A stretch of 30,676 bases of DNA from a virus: IMG/VR virus record IMGVR_UViG_3300031673_000330. One strand, 5' to 3'. The position numbers and the translations under genes were made by a program. Positions within the stretch are counted from its first letter, which is position 1. Every line of letters begins with the position of its first letter. This document shows, one piece after another, positions 1-5,964 of the stretch. The notes under the pieces are model-generated. The model was given only the letters and a program-made list of their open reading frames with translations, was not told the DNA's origin and ran no database searches.

Positions 1-140
1 ATATAATATGATATCGAGCTACACTACTTTTTTACCTACTTTTCTTTTTCACTTGGGGTGTACTTTCTGGATAGGGGTGTTTTGTCAAATGTAACACTTA
101 TTATTTAAAATCAATAACTTAGTTCAACCAGATATGTCAT
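1..140. repeat. Left inverted terminal repeat (ITR-L), 140 bp
   Basis: The reverse complement of 30537..30676 equals 1..140 except one mismatch at position 128 (c versus t). Identity stops abruptly at 141. The window begins exactly at the repeat. Confidence 0.95.
82..111 (+). promoter_or_regulatory. Sigma70-like promoter inside ITR-L, pointing inward
   Basis: TTGTCA (82..87), an 18-nt spacer, then TAAAAT (106..111). The -10 matches the one recurring in other intergenic regions of this genome. Confidence 0.5.
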
Positions 141-317
141 GTAACAATTTCTTACAATTATCTAGTAAATAATTACAAAAAGGATAGATTAATAAGTTAA
201 GATAATATATACTTATATTTCACTGAGTAAATAAATAAGTTAGTAAATATTTAAGAAACCAGTGGAAGAATAGTTTAAAATAAAATATACTTAAAACACT
301 AACCAATGGAGAACTAA

Positions 318-638
318 ATGAAATCAGCTACCAAACTACAAAACTACGCACCGGAAACAGAAGCTACACAACGCAGAACAATAGAGAAAGACCTCATGCA
401 ATCATACGAAGCTAACCAAGTAAATCCAGGTAGGGATGAGAAAATTTCCGAGATAATTATGAAGGAAAAAGTAGTTTACAAAGAATATACACAAGATAAG
501 AAAGAACTTACACCAACACAACAAGCAAACCTATCTAAAACAGCGTTAGAAGCAGAGTTATCACTTTTAAAGCTTTACGAAGGAACAAAGTTTGGAAATC
601 AAATTCAACACTCCCTACAAATAAGAGGATTACTATAA
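318..638 (+). CDS. Hypothetical early protein (106 aa)
   Basis: First ORF of the rightward arm. GGAG lies about 8 nt upstream of the ATG, and the stop overlaps the next start (ATAATG). No motif recognised. Confidence 0.6.
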   Translation: MKSATKLQNYAPETEATQRRTIEKDLMQSYEANQVNPGRDEKISEIIMKEKVVYKEYTQDKKELTPTQQANLSKTALEAELSLLKLYEGTKFGNQIQHSLQIRGLL

Positions 639-1075
639 TGAATTATGAGGAAGCAACACAGGAGTTGGAGGATGCCACTATAGCGTTGTCCCAAGCTATG
701 ATTAACAAAGTATCATCTAGGGAGTTAGGGGTAGCTCAAGCTAAGTTTAACAAGGCTAAGAAGAAGAAACATATGGCTCATATGAATAACCTCTCTAAAT
801 TAGCTAGAATAGTTAACAAGGGTAACTCTTATGCTTCTAACCACGTTGTTACCGAGGAACATAAAGCTAAGGTTAGAGAGGCTAACTCTCATCCACAAAC
901 TGAAGAACACAAAGAAAAACGTAGATTAGCCATGATAGGGAAGAATATTGCCTCTAAGCCTATCGTGTCCTGCCCCCATTGTGATAAAGAAGGTGGTGTT
1001 AATATGATGAAACGTTGGCACTTCGATAATTGTAGACTGAGCCCTAACTTCGATCCACGTACAAGAGGAGAATAA
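638..1075 (+). CDS. NUMOD3-repeat plus Cys/His zinc-finger DNA-binding protein with no recognisable nuclease domain
   Basis: Two TEEHKxK(V/R)R motifs (NUMOD3-like), followed by CPHCDKEGGVNMMKRWHFDNC. That C-terminal motif is typical of phage GIY-YIG/HNH homing endonucleases. No catalytic motif was seen. Confidence 0.55.
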   Translation: MNYEEATQELEDATIALSQAMINKVSSRELGVAQAKFNKAKKKKHMAHMNNLSKLARIVNKGNSYASNHVVTEEHKAKVREANSHPQTEEHKEKRRLAMIGKNIASKPIVSCPHCDKEGGVNMMKRWHFDNCRLSPNFDPRTRGE

Positions 1076-1076
1076 A

Positions 1077-1460
1077 ATGTTTAATTTCACATACGCAATA
1101 TCAGTTATAACTGGGTTTAAGAAGGCTAAGGAAATAGAAGATAATATTCAAGAGGAACTGAGAGCCAATGATAAGAAATTCGAAAAAGAGAAATCCAAGT
1201 ATGAGTTAGAGAAAGAAGAACGTAGATTAGTCTGGGAAAAAGAAAATGATCTAAAGAAGAGGATTGATGCTTGTTATCTTGGATTTAGACATGAGGCGTT
1301 CTATGGAACATATGAGGAATTCTTAAATAGAACTAATAGGTTTATGCCTATCCCTAATATGAATAATATGTTCAGGGATCAGAGTTTAGCTAATGCTCAG
1401 GCAGCAGCGTATAATCGGTATGTATATAACCCTACCAATGGCTCTTGTTTTCCATTCTAA
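1077..1460 (+). CDS. Hypothetical protein with a charged coiled-coil N-terminal half (127 aa)
   Basis: The ORF is tightly coupled to the upstream gene (TAAAATG). It has a K/E-rich helical segment. No motif recognised. Confidence 0.55.
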   Translation: MFNFTYAISVITGFKKAKEIEDNIQEELRANDKKFEKEKSKYELEKEERRLVWEKENDLKKRIDACYLGFRHEAFYGTYEEFLNRTNRFMPIPNMNNMFRDQSLANAQAAAYNRYVYNPTNGSCFPF

Positions 1461-1543
1461 GGGGCCTACAACGCATCAAAACCTAGTTAAGGTACCTTCA
1501 CCCCTTCTAGGTTAAAACTAAGTCTTAAACAAGGATTAAAAGC

Positions 1544-2110
1544 GTGGATAACTTCAAACCAACATACTTATACATAAAGCAACACGAAGTAACTGGATTA
1601 CAGTACTTTGGTAAAACTACTAGAAAAAACGTAGAAGGATATCTTGGATCTGGAAAACACTGGAAAAGACATATTCGTAAACATGGAACTAACTATGTTA
1701 AGACTACTTGGTATATGCTTTTCACTAACTCCGTTGATCTTACGGCATTTGCGCTTAAGTTCTCCCAAGATAACGACATAGTTGAATCAAAAGAATGGGC
1801 TAATCTCATAGAAGAAAATGGAATTGATGGTGGATTTACTGGTAGTTACGCGGGCTGCTTTAAAAAAGGTGTCCGTAATAGTCCAGAAACAGAGTTTAAG
1901 AAAGGTGAATGTAAAGGAAATCCACGTATAGGACCTTGTTTAAAATGTGGATCAGAAGAACGAGGACCTAAAGGATGTTGTAAGCCCTGTAAAAAAGTTA
2001 TGGATGCAGCTTGGAAGAAGGAAAACAAAGGGAAACATAATGCTTATAACGCAATTTACAATAAGGCTACTAAACTACAGAAGGAATTCAATGATCTTAT
2101 ATTTAATTGA
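1544..2110 (+). CDS. GIY-YIG-like homing endonuclease with a C-terminal Cys4 zinc ribbon and AAWxKxNK repeats
   Basis: GTG start. The N-terminus reads YLYIKQHEVTGLQYFGKTT...YLGSGKHWKRHIRKHG, the pattern of phage GIY-YIG-type endonucleases. The C-terminus reads CLKCG..CCKPCKK followed by AAWKKENKGKHNAYN and AIYNKATKLQKE, the same module as in the three HNH genes. Confidence 0.6.
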   Translation: MDNFKPTYLYIKQHEVTGLQYFGKTTRKNVEGYLGSGKHWKRHIRKHGTNYVKTTWYMLFTNSVDLTAFALKFSQDNDIVESKEWANLIEENGIDGGFTGSYAGCFKKGVRNSPETEFKKGECKGNPRIGPCLKCGSEERGPKGCCKPCKKVMDAAWKKENKGKHNAYNAIYNKATKLQKEFNDLIFN

Positions 2111-2116
2111 TAATTC

Positions 2117-2125
2117 TGTTAAAAT
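2117..2125 (+). promoter_or_regulatory. Extended -10 promoter element TGTTAAAAT
   Basis: TGTTAAAAT lies at 2117..2125. The predicted +1 is 7 nt after the -10, at 2132. That is the A of the second in-frame ATG of the downstream ORF. No Shine-Dalgarno sequence is present. Confidence 0.45.
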
Positions 2126-2350
2126 ATGGTAATGAACCTAACTTCCATTAAAACAGTACTAAAAGGTGCGCTGACCGAACAAGACGGCAAAACCTTCTGT
2201 CTAATATCGCTATTCATCTATATAGCTATGGCAGCTGTAACCTATAAATTCCTAACCGGAGGGGCAACAACGTATCAAGACTACGCTTTATCTATGACTA
2301 TATTAGCCGGTGGAAAAGCTATTAAGTATATGTCTGATTCCCAAAATTAA
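2126..2350 (+). CDS. Small membrane protein (74 aa, or 72 aa from the ATG at 2132)
   Basis: Hydrophobic segment FCLISLFIYIAMAAVTYKFL. The gene sits immediately behind the promoter element. Confidence 0.6.
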   Translation: MVMNLTSIKTVLKGALTEQDGKTFCLISLFIYIAMAAVTYKFLTGGATTYQDYALSMTILAGGKAIKYMSDSQN

Positions 2351-2352
2351 CC

Positions 2353-2766
2353 ATGGCTATAGTTACTCTAAACCCAGAAGATTACTCCCTACCAGACTTT
2401 GTAAGAGAAGCCTGTGAAAAACCTATTGTTAAAGTCAACGAAACTATAGTAGAAGCTATGGCTGAGAAGGGGGCTACGTGGGAAACCTTGGAAGCTAAAT
2501 TCCTAGTTCATAAAGAGGATTTACAGAGGATAGTATCAGTTGCGTATACACAGGGTAGAGAGAGGTTCAAAGACGAGATGCTACGGAAGATAATCGACGT
2601 TGCAACCGAGGATCGTAACCCAGTGCTCTTGAAGTTTATAGGATCAACGTTGCTTGATCTAAATGAAAAAACCACGATTAAAACTGAGACTGAGACTGGG
2701 CCAGTAGATGAGGAAGCATTGAATATAAAGATAAATTCCCTATTAAAAAAACATGCTAAAAAGTAA
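2353..2766 (+). CDS. Hypothetical DNA-binding-type protein, a possible small terminase subunit
   Basis: 137 aa. The segment RNPVLLKFIGSTLLDLNEKT resembles the conserved N..m.IF..kn.LG..dK region of small terminases. The gene is not adjacent to terL, so the call is weak. Confidence 0.35.
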   Translation: MAIVTLNPEDYSLPDFVREACEKPIVKVNETIVEAMAEKGATWETLEAKFLVHKEDLQRIVSVAYTQGRERFKDEMLRKIIDVATEDRNPVLLKFIGSTLLDLNEKTTIKTETETGPVDEEALNIKINSLLKKHAKK

Positions 2767-2795
2767 TAAATAAGATAGTAAATAATCTTTGAGTA

Positions 2796-2804
2796 TGTTA
2801 AAAT
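2796..2804 (+). promoter_or_regulatory. Extended -10 promoter element TGTTAAAAT
   Basis: TGTTAAAAT lies at 2796..2804. The predicted +1 at 2811 is exactly the A of the ATG of the next ORF, and no SD is present. Confidence 0.5.
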
Positions 2805-2810
2805 ACATAT

Positions 2811-3029
2811 ATGAACAAAGTAAATAAATCTTTCGAGGATCATATGGTAACTAAAGAAGATGTAGCAGCAAATAACTTTCTCCACGCTCAATTCATAGCT
2901 TCAGGCTACGATTATATCGACGGAGAATACCAATCCAAACCCTATCAGGCAATGTTAGCACTCAATGCTCAAGCCCTGAAACTAACAGAAGAAGCTAATA
3001 AACTAATCGAGGAAATTAAACGTGGTTAA
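2811..3029 (+). CDS. Hypothetical protein (72 aa)
   Basis: ORF directly behind the promoter element. No motif recognised. Confidence 0.6.
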   Translation: MNKVNKSFEDHMVTKEDVAANNFLHAQFIASGYDYIDGEYQSKPYQAMLALNAQALKLTEEANKLIEEIKRG

Positions 3030-3225
3030 TCCAACAGAGTACATTGTTACGATTAGACTGGGTTTAAGAGACGACGATAATAACTTAGTTGCAGGCCAGG
3101 CAGGGGTAGATGCGTTATTAACTACGACTAGTAAAGGTCACTTAGTATTTCCGCATGATATCTTCGTTTCAGCAAGAGATATTCTAATCAAAGAATATGA
3201 AAAACAAGAAGTAGAAGCAAAATAA
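3022..3225 (+). CDS. Hypothetical protein (67 aa)
   Basis: GTG start overlapping the upstream stop. No motif recognised. Confidence 0.45.
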   Translation: MVNPTEYIVTIRLGLRDDDNNLVAGQAGVDALLTTTSKGHLVFPHDIFVSARDILIKEYEKQEVEAK

Positions 3226-3252
3226 TAACTTAACCCTTAAAGGAAAATATAA

Positions 3253-3435
3253 ATGTCACAGAATCAAACAGTAACTTTCTCACTTGAACAGATCAACCAA
3301 ATCATTGCTACACTAGGAGAAATCCCAGCTAAATATTCAGCTAATCTGCTTATGTTCGTAGCAGAAGTAACCAAGGCCCAAGTAGCTCCAGCCGAGGCTG
3401 CACCAGCACCAGTAGAAGTGGAAGCAGCAGTTTAA
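3253..3435 (+). CDS. Hypothetical protein (60 aa) with an A/P/E-rich tail
   Basis: AAAGGAA Shine-Dalgarno upstream. The stop overlaps the next start (TAATG). Confidence 0.6.
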   Translation: MSQNQTVTFSLEQINQIIATLGEIPAKYSANLLMFVAEVTKAQVAPAEAAPAPVEVEAAV

Positions 3436-3824
3436 TGGCCACTCATAGATTAGCAGGTAAACCCACTACCTCCTGGCCTGTGGAACTTAGACGTGAAACC
3501 ATAGACCTGAACAAAATAACGCTACTAGGTAAACGGCTAGTACTATTCCAGTTTGTGGACGAACTGGAGGGTCAGCAAGAGTTTAAAACTAGTTTTGGCC
3601 TAGTCATAGAGCGGAAACTGAATAAAAACAAACCACGCTGGGGCAAGTGCATTAAATCTACGTCTGATTCTGAGATTAAAGTCGGGGAGTATTTCTTACC
3701 TGAAAATACGATAGAGCCATTTGGCTGTAATATTAATGGTGTAGAACTCTGGCGCTGTAAGGACTCAGATATAAGCTTGGTTGCCGATAGCCTAGAGACT
3801 ATTAACGAGTATAACGAGGAGTAG
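3435..3824 (+). CDS. GroES/Cpn10-like co-chaperonin candidate
   Basis: The pattern LLGKRLVLFQFVDE..EFKTSFGLVI....KPRWGKCI....IKVGEYF......DSDISLVAD parallels E. coli GroES (RVIVKR..ETKSAGGIVL...RGEVLAVG...VKVGDIV...ESDILAIVE). Confidence 0.45.
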   Translation: MATHRLAGKPTTSWPVELRRETIDLNKITLLGKRLVLFQFVDELEGQQEFKTSFGLVIERKLNKNKPRWGKCIKSTSDSEIKVGEYFLPENTIEPFGCNINGVELWRCKDSDISLVADSLETINEYNEE

Positions 3825-3827
3825 TGT

Positions 3828-4031
3828 ATGACAACCCTAGCCGAGGACCTGCCAAAGGAGATAGCACGAGTTAGGGTTATTCTTGGTCACTACGAAGAAC
3901 TGGGCCATCCTGGAATGTTTGGTGCTGCGTTTATTAGAAACGATATTGAAGAGGCTATAGAAGCGATTATATCAGGGGATGTAGTTAAGATGATAACCTC
4001 GTTTAAAACGTTGCAAGAAATAAAAGACTAA
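3828..4031 (+). CDS. Hypothetical protein (67 aa)
   Basis: ORF coupled to the downstream gene (TAATG). No function recognised. Confidence 0.6.
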   Translation: MTTLAEDLPKEIARVRVILGHYEELGHPGMFGAAFIRNDIEEAIEAIISGDVVKMITSFKTLQEIKD

Positions 4032-4531
4032 TGAATACAACGAAGACTAAAACTATGGTTAAACCTTGTGTAAAATGTGGTGCTCAGGACAGAAATAAGC
4101 GTGGGCAGTGTAAACCCTGTAGGAAGGCTATGGCTGCAGCCTGGTACCTAGCCAACAAGGAGCGGGCTAAGTCTAAGGCTACGAGCGCAGCCTGGCGTAA
4201 AAATAACCCTGAGAAGGCTAAGGCTAAGGATGCAGCTTACAGAAAGGCTAATCTTTATAGGCGTAATACTCACGAAGCCAAACGCAGAGCTGCCAAGCTT
4301 AATGCAGTACCAACCTGGGGAAACAACTGGTTAGATAAAATCAAAATTCAGGAGCTATTTTTAATAGCTAAAATTAGATCAAAGGTAGAAGGCATTCAAT
4401 ATCAAGTCGACCATGCAGTTCCACTCCAGTCAGATCTAGTCTGTGGGTTACACTGCTTTAACAACCTACAGATTTTACCAGCCTCCGAGAATATCTCTAA
4501 AGGTAATAGAACTTGGCCCGACATGCCTTGA
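4031..4531 (+). CDS. HNH endonuclease paralog 1 (zinc ribbon, 3 helical repeats, HNH domain), immediately upstream of terL
   Basis: CVKCG..CKPC zinc ribbon. Three AAW(Y/R)xxNxE-type repeats. The C-terminus reads VDHAVPLQSDLVCGLHCFNNLQILPASENISKGNRTWPDMP (H-N-N/H core). Confidence 0.85.
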   Translation: MNTTKTKTMVKPCVKCGAQDRNKRGQCKPCRKAMAAAWYLANKERAKSKATSAAWRKNNPEKAKAKDAAYRKANLYRRNTHEAKRRAAKLNAVPTWGNNWLDKIKIQELFLIAKIRSKVEGIQYQVDHAVPLQSDLVCGLHCFNNLQILPASENISKGNRTWPDMP

Positions 4532-4533
4532 TT

Positions 4534-5952
4534 ATGAATAATCTATCCATACCCGAAAAGTTAGAATTGCTGCGCAGCCTGGAAACCTTAGACTACATAA
4601 AATCCGGTCGTAAGGTAGATACCATATTTGCCACAGAAGAGGTGCGTAGTCAATACCCCAAGCATATGGAATGGATTAAAGCGACGTCTGACCATTCTCA
4701 AGTATTGGCATTAGGAGCAAATCGTTGCGGAAAGACAGTACTCGGTGCATTTGCTATAACCTGTTTTTTAACAGGGGTATACCCCGATTGGTGGAACGGA
4801 ATTCGTTTCGATACCCCAGTAAATATCTGGGTCGCAGGCATTAGCAATCGTACAGTAAGAGACATTCTGCAGTTTGAATTGCTAGGTCCAATAGACGATC
4901 TTGGAACCGGAATGATCCCAAGGGACAATATAGGACCATATTCTAAATCGTCTGGGGTCTCGGATTTAATCGACGTTATTGATGTACTACACACCTCTGG
5001 TGGTAGATCCACGCTTGGTTTCAAAAGTTACGAATCGGGTAGAAAGAGTTTCCAAGGAACTGCAAAACAAATTATTTGGCTAGACGAGGAATGTCCCCAG
5101 GAGATTTTTGAAGAGTGTCTATTGCGCACTATGACAACTAGTGGGGTAGTGTTGTTGACTTTTACTCCATTATTTGGAATGACTCAACTTGTGCAGGACT
5201 TCATCTCCGCTGAGGATAATTCTGGTAAGGCAACAATCTCAATAAATTGGGATGATTGTGGTCACTTAACCAAGAAACAAAAAGACGCTATGTTCCTGGC
5301 TCTACCACCTCATCAAAGAGATGCTAGGTCTAAGGGTATACCCTCTCTTGGCGCAGGTGCTATATATCCAGTCCTAGAGGATAACTTCGTTATAGCTTCG
5401 TTCGAAATACCTAAACATTGGAAGAAAGTGGCAGGTTTTGACGTTGGTTGGAACTGGACTGCATGTGTTTGGTTAGCTATAGACCCAGAATCTGATACAA
5501 TGTACATTTATAGTAGTTATAAGCAAGGTGAACAACTTCCATTGTTTCACGCAGACGCATTGAAAGCTAGAGGTAAGTGGATTCCAATATGTATTGATCC
5601 GGCAGCTAGGGGAAGATCGCAGATTGACGGCATGAAAATCATAGACCAATATAAGGAACATGGTTTAAATTTATCAATTGCTAATAACTCAGTTGAGGCT
5701 GGGATATATTCTGTGTGGGAAGCTTTGAGCACGGGAAAGCTTAAAATATTTAATACGATGCCTAACATCTTAGAAGAATTTAGAATGTATCGTAGAGATA
5801 CTAAAGGTAAGGTAGTTAAGAGTAACGACCACCTTATGGACGCAATGAGATACGCAGTTATGACCAAGGACAAAGCTACGACTGACTTAGTTAAAGTCGT
5901 GGATCCATACCAATACACAACTATCAACCAAGGAACTAGAGTGACACTCTAA
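4534..5952 (+). CDS. terL: Terminase large subunit
   Basis: Walker A LGANRCGKT, Walker B IIWLDEE, and the C-terminal nuclease-domain motif DHLMDAMRYAV. The first ATG is at 4534. The tracked ORF opens at a TTG at 4513 that overlaps the HNH gene. Confidence 0.9.
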   Translation: MNNLSIPEKLELLRSLETLDYIKSGRKVDTIFATEEVRSQYPKHMEWIKATSDHSQVLALGANRCGKTVLGAFAITCFLTGVYPDWWNGIRFDTPVNIWVAGISNRTVRDILQFELLGPIDDLGTGMIPRDNIGPYSKSSGVSDLIDVIDVLHTSGGRSTLGFKSYESGRKSFQGTAKQIIWLDEECPQEIFEECLLRTMTTSGVVLLTFTPLFGMTQLVQDFISAEDNSGKATISINWDDCGHLTKKQKDAMFLALPPHQRDARSKGIPSLGAGAIYPVLEDNFVIASFEIPKHWKKVAGFDVGWNWTACVWLAIDPESDTMYIYSSYKQGEQLPLFHADALKARGKWIPICIDPAARGRSQIDGMKIIDQYKEHGLNLSIANNSVEAGIYSVWEALSTGKLKIFNTMPNILEEFRMYRRDTKGKVVKSNDHLMDAMRYAVMTKDKATTDLVKVVDPYQYTTINQGTRVTL

Positions 5953-5964
5953 TAGGAAAATAAA

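Noticed and set aside
1480-1513. Inverted repeat AACCTAG...CTAGGTT, with an internal AAGGTACCTT palindrome, between the 127-aa ORF and the GIY-YIG-like gene, considered as a terminator.
   Set aside because: The loop is 20 nt and no T-run follows, so it is not convincing as an intrinsic terminator. It might be a protein-binding palindrome, but there is no supporting evidence.
1947-2132. Same-strand alternative-frame ORFs inside real genes: 1947..2132, 7118..7333, 11380..11565 and 22474..22656.
   Set aside because: They are embedded out of frame within genes that have clear motifs (GIY-YIG-like, portal, coat, fibre 2). They have no SD and atypical composition.
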